A stretch of 64,000 nt of DNA, from NCBI RefSeq assembly GCF_009914755.1, contig NC_060927.1; one strand, given 5' to 3'. The first letter of the stretch is position 1; each line of letters starts with the position of its first letter. The DNA comes from the human T2T-CHM13v2.0 reference genome, Homo sapiens. The position numbers and the translations under genes are program-made. The notes under the pieces were generated by a model. It ran no database searches. It was not told the origin of the DNA and saw nothing but the letters and a program-made list of their open reading frames with translations. This document shows, one piece after another, positions 14,085 through 28,581 of the stretch.

Positions 14085-14143
14085 CTTGAAATAGCTACAG
14101 GAAATGGTATTTTGTCTTGAATCTACAGGAAATGTTATTTTGT
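14085..14143. repeat. Imperfect ~30-bp tandem duplication
   Basis: cttgaaatagctacaggaaatggtattttgt / cttgaatctacaggaaatgttattttgt. Confidence 0.85.
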
Positions 14144-15269
14144 TTAAGTCTTATTTGGAAGAGTAGGAGGTTAGTCCAAAGATTTATTTAAGCAAACAGA
14201 TTTATTGAATCTGGCTGTCTAAGGCATTACAGAAGAACAGATTTTCTGAATGTACTTTTTCAACTATCCTATCTACTTTGATCTCTATGAAGCAAATTTT
14301 GACCACTTCTTGCCCTGAATATTCATTTTCATGCATCTTGAATAAAATATATGTAATAATTAAGGAGATTATAAGACCTCGCTAATAAGAATTGCAGGCT
14401 TCTCAATATATAGTCTTTATTGAATCGTTTTACTGATATCTGAAACAATATGAATTCCTTTCTTTAAAAATACAACTTAGAAGAGACTTTTAAAATTATC
14501 TTTTGAGTGAGATTTTTCAGATAACATTAAAGAACTGAGAGTTACAGTTTGTATTTTTGTATATGTGGATAAGTGTCTACAATATTAACAAAAGTAATAT
14601 CCTACATAGAAAAATAATTATAATATTTTTTAATCCTTGCCTGTTTCGTATAAAAGATCTATGAGATATATTGAGCATTTCTAATAGACTTAAATGTCAC
14701 CAAAACAAAAAAAGCCATGTTCATTATTACCATTACCTATGCCTGTATGTCTCTAGAGTGCAAATACAGGGAAGATTGCTTGTTTCATCCACATGACCGA
14801 GGTTAGCTTAGTGGAAATAATATTCAAGATGCATCATATGTTTAATGGACACTGAAATAACTAAAATCAATAGCGAACTATAAAAGTATTTATCAATCAT
14901 AATTCTTCCTGATAAAAGCTGCAACATGTAAGATTCAGAATAAGAAAGGCACAGGACTTCATTTTTCTGAGTATATGCCTCCTTAAAATAGAAGAATTCT
15001 CCACTCTTCACTTTGGAACATTCGGAACAGAATTCTTTTTTATTTTTAATTTTTTGCATTTATGCTTATTTCTCTTTGTTTAATAATAAGAATATACTAG
15101 GTGGTCTTTTGTCTCAGGGTATTGGATAAGTTCTGTTTTATTTTTCCAATATTTAAGGATTGAATAGTATTTATCATACAGAATTGCACACCAGAAAAAA
15201 AATTTTGAAACATGTTTCTTGTTTCTCTGACAAGAACTTTTTCATTAATACATTCACATTAATTTTCAT

Positions 15270-15545
15270 TTAATTTTTACCACAAAACCCCCAAAGCACA
15301 ATGAGCACTTACATACTTACCACTCGACTTCAAAAACTATCCACATTGTGCCATGCTTGTTTGATCCACCCTTACAGCAGCTTCTTGTTGTTAGACTATT
15401 TTAAAGTGAATTCAAGACATTATAAGCTTACATCCATAAATATTACATTATGCATCTCAAAAAACATTTCATTATGTAATTAAAATGATATTACGACATC
15501 TAAGAAAACTAAAATAATTGCATAGTATCATCTATTACCCAGTCA
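15270..15545 (-). mobile_element. Old L1 3' UTR fragment (L1MC4/5-like)
   Basis: 'tattttaaagtgaattcaagacat...catccataaatatt...atgcatctc' motif; probably continues, diverged, to ~16550. Confidence 0.6.
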
Positions 15546-15638
15546 GCATGCTAATACATTAGTACATAGATAGCTAATACAAAATGTTTTTAATGTTTTT
15601 GTATTTTTTGTATTTGCTATTTGCTATTTGTGTCCCTC

Positions 15639-15944
<306 letters not shown>

Positions 15945-16223
15945 CTTTTTAAATTGTTAAATTTAAAGTCCTATACCAAAGAAAGAACATTTCCTTCAAT
16001 TCTCCTTTTTATTTTATTGATTTGAAGCTAAGTTATATCTAAAGGTATGTTTTCACTTAGGTGGTTACATATAGGTGGTATTTGGATATTTTAATTTCCT
16101 GCCCACTGTAATGAACTATATACCTACCAAGTATTTGTTCTTTTTTCCCAGGAAATTAACTGGATTGCATTATGCCCTTAGTGCTAAGGCTTCCAGGACT
16201 TTTATGTGAATATAGATAGCAAA

Positions 16224-16280
16224 TATATATTTTATATATATATATATTATATATATATATATGGAGAGAGAGAGAGAGAA
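16224..16280. repeat. (TA)n-(GA)n compound microsatellite
   Basis: Direct reading. Confidence 0.9.
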
Positions 16281-16939
16281 AGAAAAATCGTAATATCACA
16301 CTAATAAATCTAATTTAAATATTAAAGACTACAGAGATATTATATAATGCAATTTACTTCCTACTGGTATATATTTATGTTGAAAAGTTTCTAAAGAACA
16401 TGAGTATATTATTATTTATTGTATTCTATACTACAATATGACAGTTTCAAAATAAAACTACCAGCACTGTATAGGAAGAGTAACACCATTAAATAAACTC
16501 TAAATGTAATTTAATTACTTTGTCTTTACATATCATCCAATCGTAGAGAAAAATTAAGAAATTGGAATCCGCATAAAAGATTGCTGGTTGTTTTTTTAAA
16601 AGAAATGGTGGAGCCTCTGGAGCTTATCTCATACAATTGAGATGCGCAATTTTTGACTAGGCTGTTTTGCAAAACTAAGAAAAATACAAATAATTATTGT
16701 ACATATTAATACACATTACTTTTGTCCAATAAATTCAAGTGATTATTGCCCAATGAATAACCCAGTTTTTATAAATTGATTTGCGTGTTCCTGAAATCAA
16801 TGTAAATTGATATAAACACTGAATATAAAAATGTGGTTCTTTGCTTTCTCCTTCAACTAAATTGTAATATCTTCTAGTTGTCTCATTAATTAATATATTT
16901 TAAAACAAATCTTTATATTTGTAAGACAACCATGCATTA

Positions 16940-17087
16940 TTTTTCCTTCCTTCCTCCCTCCCTCCCTCTCTTCCTTCCTTCCTTCTTTCCTTCCTTCCTC
17001 ACTTCCTCCCTTTCTTTCCTTCTTTCTGTTTTTCTTTCTTTTTCTTCTTTCTCTCTTTCTTTTTTCTTTCTTTCTTCTTTCTACTTT

Positions 17088-17130
<43 letters not shown>

Positions 17131-17184
17131 CTTTCTTTGTTTCTTTGTTTCTTTCCTTCTTTCTTTCATTCTTTCTTTCTTTCT
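16940..17184. repeat. (CTTC)n/(CTTT)n polypyrimidine tract, the expanded tail of the adjacent AluJ
   Basis: ~245-bp near-pure pyrimidine tract abutting the Alu 3' end; explains the F/L/S-rich ORF 16932-17246. Confidence 0.95.
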
Positions 17185-17477
17185 TGACAGTGGCTTGCAC
17201 TGTCATTGAGGCTGAAGTGAAGTGGCACAATTTTAGCTCACTATAATCTCAAATTCCCAAGGTCAAATGATCTTCCTGCCTCAGCCTCCAGAGGAGCACA
17301 CCACCATGCCTGGATAAATAATAATTCAATTATTATTATTATTGTTATTATTATTATTTTTGTTTTTGTAGAGGTAGGGTCTTGCCCAGTCTAATCTTGA
17401 ACTACCGGCCTTAAACAATCCTCCTCCCTCAGCAACCAAAAGTGCTGAAATTATAGGCATGAGCCATCACTCCCTCC
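17185..17477 (-). mobile_element. AluJ (diverged) with (TTA)n linker
   Basis: Dimer recognisable; J-type 'aatcctcctccctcagc' and 'gtagaggtagggtcttgc'. Confidence 0.9.
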
Positions 17478-17923
17478 TGATAACTATGTATCTTCGAAAA
17501 TTATTCTGCAAAACCACTGTGAATATATTAGTCAGATGTTATATTTTTAATTTGTAGTTATGTCTCCAAATTGATAAAAAAATTATGGCATTTGTTTTAA
17601 TGTCTTTTCAGTTTGAGGGATTTCTTTCTTTGTTAATATTCAAATTATTTAAAATATTTAAATTTTTAAAATGTCAATTATAAATATTAATATAAGTCCA
17701 GATTCTACAATTACAAATGAATTAAATTTTACTAACACTTCTGATATGGTTTGATTGTGTCCCCACCCAAATCTCATCTTGAATTGTATCACCCACAATT
17801 TCCACATTGTGGGAGGGACCCAGTGGTAGGTAATTAAATCATGTGGGCAGGTCTTTCCCATGCTGTTCTTATGATAGTGAATATGTCTCATGAGATCCCA
17901 TGGTTTTAAAAAGGGGAGTTTCT

Positions 17924-18966
<1,043 letters not shown>

Positions 18967-19364
18967 TCATCTTCCTATTTCACGTATTATTTTTCCTTAT
19001 AGAAGAATGCTAAGTTTGAAAGTGCACCTGAGAACATGAAAAGAGCTTTCAATAGTCTCTGAGGAGATGGAATTCAGGGATTTCCAGAAGAAAAGTTTCA
19101 TGATAAATATGAGAAAATGTGTTTTAAAACCACAAAAGTTGCAACCTAAGATTGAAGTGGACAGGACATAGACCAGCCCTGAGAGTCATAGAAGCTTAGA
19201 ATCACGCGATAATGCTTATAATGTATGTGTTTCACATTATCTGGGATTGCTGATAACTTTAACACAGCTACCTGGCATAAGTAAACAGAAATGCTTTCTG
19301 TGGTAAGATAAATATATCCAGAGTCTCAAAAAGGCGCCGCAGTTTTTTATATACAACTATCCAA

Positions 19365-20334
19365 GGGGATGGCTGACTAGACGCAGCCAGAAAATGCCTC
19401 TCCCACCAAAAGAAACCAAAATGTTGAGTGAACCATTACACGTTGAACAGATCTTTTGAGAGAAAACACTGAAAGTTGATAGAAAATGCAGATAGCATAG
19501 TTGAAAACAGAGGAAGCTGGGGAGCCTGCTTGGAGATGCTGGGTAGGAGGATTGGCCACCAGTCCCAAAATGAATGTAAGAAAGGGGTTAGGGAAGGAAC
19601 TCTGGGGCACCACAATCCTGTCATGGATCTTTGGGATCCTGGTTACGGGAGTTACTGTAACTCCCATCTATCTACCTTTGAACTGGCAGAGAGAACTGCT
19701 TGGAGATCAGGCAGAGGCACACCTGAAACCCACGCAGATCTCAGAAGGTTTCACTGCATAGTGCAGCCGCAGCTTCCATCTAAGCTTTCCTTCCGCCTAA
19801 GCTTTCCATCTTGCACTCTGGCTGCAGCAGCTGCTGTCTGCTGGGAGAAAGCAAGGCCACCATTGTTGCTGGAATGAAGTACGTTTTATCCACGTGTTCC
19901 TTTGCCTGCCAGTCACTTTCAAAACTGCCTGCCTTGCTGCTCTCACAGACACGCCCACAGCACAGCCCCTACCGCCCTGCCTAAGTGTTTTGCTGCTGGC
20001 CTGGTAGCAGTTCAGCCCCCACCCCGAGCACAACTGGTGCTCGACCCCAAGGGGCCAGAGGGCAAATTCACAGTCCTGGTCTCAGTTTCCCAGGATCTGA
20101 GTACACCACCTAGGGGTATCAAGCTGAGATATGTGGCCTGAGTTCAAATGAGACAGGAGCCTCCACTTTTAGAACACAGAGAAAAGCGTGACATAGGTTC
20201 ATATACTGGTGCAGGAACTGGGCGTCTCTCCCTTCACAAGACCAGTCTAGGAAGGGTGAGGCCTGACAGCCAGCCATAATAACTTCTTCCGCCAGGAAAA
20301 AGCTTAAAACATCTGGAACAGTTCAGCAGTCTGC
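19365..20334 (+). mobile_element. L1 5' UTR (L1PB/L1M2-type)
   Basis: Begins 'ggatggctgactagacgcagccag', the typical L1 5' YY1-like start; GC-richer than flanks. Confidence 0.7.
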
Positions 20335-21585
20335 TAACTTTATATCACTGAAAGAGCCATTGAAGAGGGTTAGAGAAATAGTCCTGAATTGCCAGAGCCA
20401 CCATTCCCTGCTTCCCCAACAGTGGCTGCAAGATACAGAAAAAGAATCCGTGCATTTGGAAGAAAGAGAGCACCGTAACTGGAGGACTTTACTTTGGACT
20501 CAGTGCTACCTGGTTGCAGTGGAGAGCAAAGCTGTGCTGGGCTCAGATAGTGCCTGAGCACAAAGGAATAATTTGCATCAGATCTAACTGGAGGGGAATC
20601 ACCCATCTCAGTGGTCAGAATTTGAATTTCTTGGCAAACCTCGCCACTATGGGTCAAAGTGCTCTGGGATCCTAGGTTAACATGAAAGGCAGTCTAGGAC
20701 ACAAGGACCACAATTCCTAGGCAACTCTTAGTGCTAAGCTGAGCTCAGAGCCAGTGGACTAGGGTGGGATGTGATCTAGGGAGAGAACAGCCAGGGCAGC
20801 TAAGGTAGTGCTTGTGTCACTCCTTCCCCAAACCTAGACAGTGCAGCTCACAGCAATGAATGTGACTCCTTCCTTCTGCTTGAGCAAAGGAGAATGAAGA
20901 ACAAGGAGGACTTTGTTTTGCATATTGTGTATCAGCTCTACCATAGGATAGGAAACCAGGCAGTGATGTGGCTCCCATTCCAAGTCATAGCTCCCAGAAG
21001 ACATTTGTAGACACACCCTGGGACAAAAAGGAAACCATTTCCTTGACAGAAGGACCCAGTCCTGGTAGGATTTATTACCTGCTGACTAAAGACCCCTTGG
21101 GTCATGAATAATCAGCAGTGACCCCTAGGTAGTATGCCATTGGCCTTGGGCTCTGAAAAGGGTTGACTTTACGTGTGACCCAGCACATGTAGCTGAGGTG
21201 GCTACGGTGAAATAATCCTTCTGTTTGAGAAAAACAGAAGGAAAAGTAAAGGGGACTTTGCCTTGCTCCTCAGGTACTAGCTTGGCCACGGGGGATAAAA
21301 GCAGCAAGCAGGCTCATAGGGTTCCTGAGTCTGGGAATAGGCACTTGGACAAGATTTCTGGACCTGCCTTGGGCCAAAGAGGAGCCCACAGCCCTGGAGG
21401 CTGTGTCCCAGTCCTGGCAACACTCACCACAAGCTAAGTGAAGAGCCTTTGGGCTTTAAGTAAATATCAGTGGTGGCCTGGCAGAAACCCTGTGATCTGG
21501 AAGTGGTGGTGGTACAGGCTTCTCTACCTGTGGAAAGGAAGGGGAGAGCAGAAAGGACTTTGTATTGTGCTTTGAGTGCCATCTT

Positions 21586-22619
21586 TTTTTTAAATCAATT
21601 AATTTTGTTATACTTTAAGTTCTAGGGCACATGTGCACCACGTGCAGGTTTGTTACTTAGGTACACATATGCCATGTTGGTTTGCTGCACCCATCAACTT
21701 GTCATTTATATTAGCTATTTCTCCTAATGCTATCCCTCCTCCAGCCCCCCACCCCCCAACAGGCCCCAGTGTGTGATGTTCCTCGCCCTGTGTCCAAGTG
21801 TTCTCACTGTTCAATTCCCACCTATGAGTGAGAACATGCGGTGTTTGGTTTTCTGTCTTTGTGATAGTTTGCTGAGAATGATGGTTTCCAGCTTCATCCA
21901 TGTCCTTGAAAAGGACATGAACTCATACTTTTTTATGGTTGCATAGTATTCCATGGTGTATATGTGCCACATTTTCTTTATCCACTCAATCATTGATGGA
22001 CATTTGGGTTGGTTCTAAGTTTTTGCTATTGTGAATAGTGCCACAATAAACATACGTGTGCATGTGTCTTTATAGTAGCATGATTTATAATCCTTTGGGT
22101 ACATACCCAGTAATGAGATTGCTGGGTCAAATGGTATTTCTAGTTCCAGATCCCTGAGGAATCACCACACTGTCTTCCACAATGGTTGAACTAATTTACA
22201 CTCCCAACAGTGTAAAAGCATTCATATTTCTACACATCCTCTCCAGCGTCTGTTGTTTCCTGACTTTTTAACGATCGCCATTCTAACTGGTGTGAGATGG
22301 TATCTCCTTGTGGTTTTGATTTGCATTTCTCTGATGACTAGTGATGATGAGCACTTTTTCATGTGTCTGTTGGCTGCATAAATGTCTTCTTTTGAGAAGT
22401 GTCTGTTCATATCCTTTGCCCACTTTTTGATGGGGTTGTTTGTCTTTTTTTTTCTTGTAAATTCATCTAAGTTATTTGTAGACTCTGGATATTAGCCCTT
22501 TTTCAGATGGGTAGATTGCAAAAATTTTCTCCCATTCTGTAGGTTGCCTGTTCAATCTGATGGTAGTTTCTTTTGCCATGCAGAAGCTCTTTAGTTTAAT
22601 TAGTTCCCATTTGTCTATT
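21586..22619 (-). mobile_element. 5'-truncated L1PA6/7-like element (3' ORF2 and 3' UTR)
   Basis: ORF2 C-terminal peptides ([11 protein letters not shown]..., KKMWHIYTMEYY); short TSD ATCTT (21581-21585, 22620-22624). Confidence 0.92.
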
Positions 22620-24372
22620 ATCTTAGTTGCAGGGAAATTTCTAAGGTTTCAACTTCAATCCCTGGTTGACAGACAGCAATTCTGGACCTGCCTAGGGGCT
22701 GGAGAAACTCACTGCCCTGAAGGAAGGGACACACATTTGGCTACCTTTACCACTTTCTGATATAGAGCCCTAGGGATTTATGTGAACATAAGGTAGCCAG
22801 TTAGTGATTAGCGTGGGCCTTGGGCAAGACCCAGTGCTGTGCTGGCTTTAGGTCTGACCCAGTGCAGTCCCAGTGATGGTAGCCAGAGAGGAGCTTGCAT
22901 CATATCACCAGTTCCAGGTGGCATAGCAGACAGAGAGACTTTGTTTGGGAAAATGTAAGGAAAAAGAACAAGAGTCTCTGTCTGATAATCCAGATAATTT
23001 TTTCAGATCTTATCCAAAATTACTAAAGTGGTATTTCTACAAGTCTGCAATAATCACATATTAGGCTTGGGATCACCTGAAAAGCCTTCTCAAGAAAAAC
23101 AAGCACACACAAACGCAGACTGCAAAGGCTACAATAAATAGCTAGCTCTCCAATACGCAGACACTGACAAACATCTACAGACATGAAGATCTTTCAGGAA
23201 AACGTGACCTCACCAGATGAACTAAATAAGGCATCAGGAACCAATTCCTGGAGAAATGGAGATATGTGAAGTTTCAGAGAGAGTTTTCAAAATAGCTGTT
23301 TTGAAGAAACCCAAATAAATTCAAGATAACACAGAGAAGAAATTCAGAATTCTATCAAATCAATGTAACCAAAATTGAAATAATTAAAAAGAATCAAGCA
23401 GAAATTTTAGAGTTGAAAATGCAACTGACATATGGAATAATGCATCAGAGTCTCTTAATAGCAAAATTAATCAAGACAAAGAAAGAATTAGTGAGCTGAA
23501 AGCCAGGCTATTTGAAAATACACAGATAGATGAGACAAAAGGAAAAAGAAGAAAAAATAATGAACCATGCCTACAAAATTGCCTCCAAAGGGCAAATCTA
23601 AGAGCTATTGACCCTAAAAAGGAGGTAGAGAAATAGATAGGGGTAGAAAGTTTATTCAAAGGGATAATATCAGAGAACTTCCTAAACCTAAAGAAATATA
23701 TCAACATTCAAGTACAAGAAGAATATAAAACATCAAGCAGCTTTACTGCATAAAAGACTACCTCAAGGCATTTAGTAATCAAACTCCCAAAGGTCAAGGA
23801 TAAAGAAAAGATCCTAAATGCAGCAAGAGAAATGAAACAAATAACAAATATTTGAGCTCCAATATGTCTGGCAGCAGACTCTTCAGTGGAAACCTTGTAA
23901 GGTAGGAGAGAGGTCTGACATATTCAAAGTACTGAAGGGAAAAAAACAAAACAAAACAGCTTTTACCCTAGAATAGGGGATCCAGTGAAAATCTCCTTAA
24001 AGCATGAAGGATAAATATAGACTATCTCAGACAAACAAACCTAAGGGATTTCATCAACACCAGACCTGTCCTAAAAGAAATGCCAAAGGAAGTTCTTCAA
24101 TAAGAAAGAAAAGGATGTTTATGAGCAAGAGAAATCATCTGAAGGTACAAAACTCACTGGTAATAGCACATCAAAAAACACAGAATCTTATAACAGTGTA
24201 ACTGTGGTGTGTACATTACTTTTATCTTAAGTAGAAAGACCAAATGATGAACCAATCAAAAACAATAACTACAACAACTTTTCAATACGTAGTACAATAT
24301 GACATAAAGAGAAACAACAAAAAGTTAAAAAAAAAAAAAAAAAAAACAGGGGCAAGAAGTTAAATTGTAGAG

Positions 24373-24587
24373 CAGGGGTGTCCAGTGTTTTGAATTCCTT
24401 TGGCCACATTGGAAGAAGAATTGTTTTGGGCTACAGATAAAGTAAACTAACATTAACAATAGCTAATGAGATTTTAAAAATCACAAAAAAACCTCATGTT
24501 TTAAGAAAGTTTACAAATTTGTATTGGTCTACATTGAAAGCCATCCTGGGCTGCAGGTTGCCCACAGCAGCAGGTTAGATAAGCTTG
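24373..24587 (+). mobile_element. MER30 (hAT-Charlie non-autonomous DNA transposon)
   Basis: CAGGGGTGTCCA...AAGCTTG termini; 8-bp TSD ttgtagag/gtgtagag. Confidence 0.9.
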
Positions 24588-24749
24588 GTGTAGAGTTTTA
24601 GTTGTCTTTTCGTGTTTTTTTTTTTTTGTTTGTTTTTTGTTTTTTTGCAATCAGTTTTGTCATTAGTTTAAAATAATGGGTTTTAAGATAGTGTTTACAA
24701 GCCTCTTGGTAGCCTCAAGGCATACACAAAAAATAAAAAGCAAGAAATA

Positions 24750-25014
24750 GGCCCAGCGCGGTGGCTCATGCCTGTAATCCCAGCAGTTTGGGAGGCCGAG
24801 GTGGGCTGAGCACGAGGTCAGGAGATCAAGACCACACCATGGTGAAACTCCATCTCTACTAAAAATACAAAAAAATTAGCCTGGCGCGGTGGCGGGCACC
24901 TGTATTCCCAGCTACTCAGGAGGCGGAGCTTGCAGTTAGGCAAGATCTTGCCACTTCACTCCAGCCTGGGCGACCCAGCGAGACTCCATCAAAAAAAAAA
25001 AAAAGAAAGAAAAG
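24750..25014 (+). mobile_element. Alu (Sc/Y-like) with ~30-bp deletion in the right arm
   Basis: Perfect 14-bp TSD aaaagcaagaaata (24736-24749, 25015-25028); deletion between the two 'ggaggc' repeats. Confidence 0.95.
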
Positions 25015-26239
25015 AAAAGCAAGAAATAAAATCATACCACCAGAGAAAATCACCTTCATGAAAAGAAAGACAGAAAGGAAGGAAAGAAGGGGAAGTCTGA
25101 AAAAAAAAAGAAAAACAACTATAGAAAACACATATTAAAAAAGCAAGAGTAAGTAAGTCCCTATTTATAAATAATAACGTTAAACATAAAAAGCTTCTGC
25201 ACAGCAAACAAAACAATCAACAAAGTGAATCTGACAAATGATTAATATCCAGAATATATAAGGGGTTCGAAGAATCCTATAGGAAAAAATCTAACAATCT
25301 GATTAAGAAATGAGCAATAGAGCACCCTCCAGGATAGAATCATGCATTTCTAATAGTTAAAAATAGATCTAAAGATACTTGGCATTTAAAATCTAACTTT
25401 TTTAGCTAAGGTAATTGAAACTCAGAGAAAACATCTGACATGGCCATAAACACATACGCAACTCCAAAATGCAGTGTGTTCTCAAAAGTGAATTATTATC
25501 TCACAGGGCCAGATCCAGAACATTTGAACTTTTTTGTACTTAGATATTCTGAAGATATACTCTTCCAAGTTCTCAAAATTATATCTAAATTATATAGAAA
25601 CTACCAAAAGAAAAACAAAAAGATTTGGGAAAATTATTGCAGCTGTTCTCCAAAGACAACGATGCTGTCTTCAACGGAGCATGGAGCTAAAGGGTCAGTA
25701 TGAACAGTATATATTTTATTTCCTAGCATAAATAACAATGTTTATTTTAACTTAATTTCTGGTTTCCTTGGCAATCTTTCTGTAAATTTGGAGAAAGAAT
25801 GTTTAAATAATATAAAGGCAAGAGAAAACTTGGGGAGTAAAAGTGTTTGGAAGAACCTCCTTGATTTTTCACCTTCCCCAAGCTACATACTTAAATACAT
25901 GAATATATATTACTTACATGTAAATGGTTGACTGATTGATATCCCATAATATTATTTTTCTAAATTATGTAGTATTTGGAGGTAACAATGTATAGGTAGA
26001 TACCAATCTGTATTCACTGATAAGCAATGTTTTCTTCAGTTAAAATCTACATAAGTAATTGTATCCTAAACCATGTGGCCACTAGCTATATCTGATATTA
26101 CTTATATCACATGCATTCATTTATTCATTTAAAAGACTTTTAATTTTCTCTCTTGTGTTAAGTATCAGATATTGCATCATACTTGTATTTTATTTACGAC
26201 TTCACTACCTCTTCATCTCATTTTTTAACTCCAGCTATT

Positions 26240-28540
26240 ATTTTAGGGATAAATTCCACATGGGCTATGACAAACTACATAGGTGAAACCTGTTAGGTCC
26301 TTGCTTTGTGTGCTGCATCATGTGCCTCTTGCTTTCTTCAAAGGGCTTCTCAGTTGCTTTAATGTGGATGACTGAAGGACATCATTTGACACTCAAGAAT
26401 GTGCAATCTATTCATGCAGGAACTGATGCACACAAGGTCGCCTTTGATCAATAGGGAATAAGCACTAAAGAAGAAATACGTTCCTTTTTATCTCTTTTGG
26501 AGACAAATTATCAGATTCATAAGAACCCTGAAATGTTCTTTGAAACTGAGCCCCAGTATCCCACAGGAGTAGATAACTATATCTTTGTATTAATTTATCC
26601 TCCTTAGCTTTCCAGATTACCAGTCTCATTCACCTACTACTTGAAATCAAATTACCAATAAATTGTCTTCATATAAGCCTTTACCTTTGTCTTTGTATCT
26701 AGAATAATGCAGCTGGTTAACTTCAGGCAGGATTTTAAAGTTGCATCACATAGCCATCAGCAGAGAATCAAGTTTCTACAACTTTGGTAATTAACATAGC
26801 AATCACCATGTACTTGTGGTAGCAACAAAATTATTCTGACTTTCACTGAAATGATTGGGATTAGGTGCAGGGAGAAAATGATATTTTGGGTTATAACATT
26901 TAAAACGAAAGGGTAAGGGTTATACAGGAATGCACAGATGTGTGCTTTTTGTAACTGTTTTGGAAGTCTTAAACATAAAATAGCATGCTTAAGTTAAACA
27001 TCTAAACAACTCAAGCCATTTCTGGAAAGCCAGAGAACTTCCATAGTAGCCTTTAAGAAGACTTGCTTCTCACAGTTTCATGGCAGACTGTGCTAAGCAT
27101 TAGGCCCTGGTCTTCCATAAGGGTGGAAGAGCATCATACACATCTGAAAATGTAGCCTTTATATATCTCTCCCATCAAAATCAAGAACCTGATAGGAGAA
27201 GAATGGTCCTCTGAAATTTAAGATGAGCCTGAAAAACTTTGGACTCCTAGATTCTTCTAAATATTCTGAGATATATAAAACTCTGTGCTCAGTAACTGAA
27301 CAGTAATCTGTGAAGCAAAGGGTAGACACAGGATTTTTTCCCCTCACCCTCAGTCCAATGACTTACTTGTGTATTTGGTCCCTATCATTACAGTGACCAC
27401 TACTGCAGACTAGAGATTCTGATTCCTATGGGAAAATACTTTCACTAGGGAGCACAGTAATATTTCTGTGTAATGCTTTATATGCCTTGCAGTCACTTTG
27501 TGCTTCCCATGCCAATGGACCCTAGAGAAAAAATGTAGTTTATATACTAGGGGGGTTAGGAGTATGATGGGGTCATTGACACTGTGTATCATGGGGAAGT
27601 AAGATAGCAGTTACATAATTGAGGAAAGAATAAATACGTCTGGAACCAGGCATATCCACTGGTTCATGTCTTCAACCTTTCATAACGGTGGATTATGTAT
27701 TGAAGGAACCTCAGGTTAACAAGGGAAAGTAAATTAAGGACTTAGTCTCCTCATAAATGAAGGTTAGGGTCATCTTATCAGGGAAGCAACATAGATCCAC
27801 CACTTTTCAGCTAAGGGTAAAAGCAAACCATAAATTGTGATTTAGAAATAAAATGAAAATATTATTAACGGCCTTGGTATCAGCTGAGGTGGTGGGTACT
27901 GGTAGCTTATTTTATTAACTCACATATATTACATTATTTGTGATGATTTGTACTTCCTTTAGGAGCGTGCAAGTGGTGAGCTGTAACTTATGCGTTTTGC
28001 ACTATTTCATATCCTACCAGCCACGCCTCATACACTAACATCTGTGTCCACTATTACACTGTAAAGCTTGATCACTTTTGTAGAGATGTAATCTTACTGC
28101 ATCTTGCCTCTGTCATCAAAACATATACTTCCTATTTTCTGCTGATTTCTCTTATTCTGTATCATAGGATGACACAGGAACACATTTAAAATTCATACAT
28201 GAACAATTTAATGTTAATGGGTGGGAGGGTTAATGCTGGGAAGACAACATCAAGAAATAAATACACCCTTTATTTTCATCTACATTGGGGGACAGTTTTG
28301 ACATACTTTTTATCAGGATCCTCAGAATGTAAAGTAGAACTAAATGTCAGTCACCAGTAGTGGTAGCCAATTTGATAAGATATCCTCATGTTGTCTTCCC
28401 TTATTTTCTGTATATGTCCTCTGTTTTCATACTTTATCTTGAAGAACTCATTTCTAAATAATTATCTCTACATGAGACGTTTACTCAGGGTTTTTTTGGG
28501 GGGGGGCGGGGTGGGGGAGGGAATCCAGCCTAAAGGAATT
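26240..28540 (+). mobile_element. Decayed ERVL provirus-like remnant (LTR16-type LTRs ~26240-26720 and ~28190-28540 with internal sequence between)
   Basis: Both ends have LTR16-like 3' halves ('gagccccagt...aataaattgtctt'; 'aaataattatct...gggaatccagcctaa'); ERVL-like internal 3' region ~27480-27900; very diverged. Confidence 0.5.
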
Positions 28541-28581
28541 AAAAAAAAAAAAAAAACTAACCAAACAAATAGATATGAAAC

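Larger units (their letters stand above)
20335..25320 (+). mobile_element. Old L1 (L1M1/L1MA-type 5' UTR, decayed ORF1 ~23150-24150, start of ORF2 joined to a late ORF2 piece), interrupted by L1PA, MER30 and Alu
   Basis: 'taactttatatcactgaaagagccattgaagaggg' 5' UTR; ORF1-like 'caaactcccaaaggtcaaggataaagaaaagatcc'; jump at ~25190 to 'aagcttctgcacagcaaa'. Confidence 0.8.

Noticed and set aside
16932-17246. 104-aa F/L/S-rich 'membrane protein' ORF
   Set aside because: Translation of a (CTTT)n microsatellite
19365-20330. Gene promoter or CpG island
   Set aside because: GC enrichment is explained by an L1 5' UTR, and CpGs are sparse
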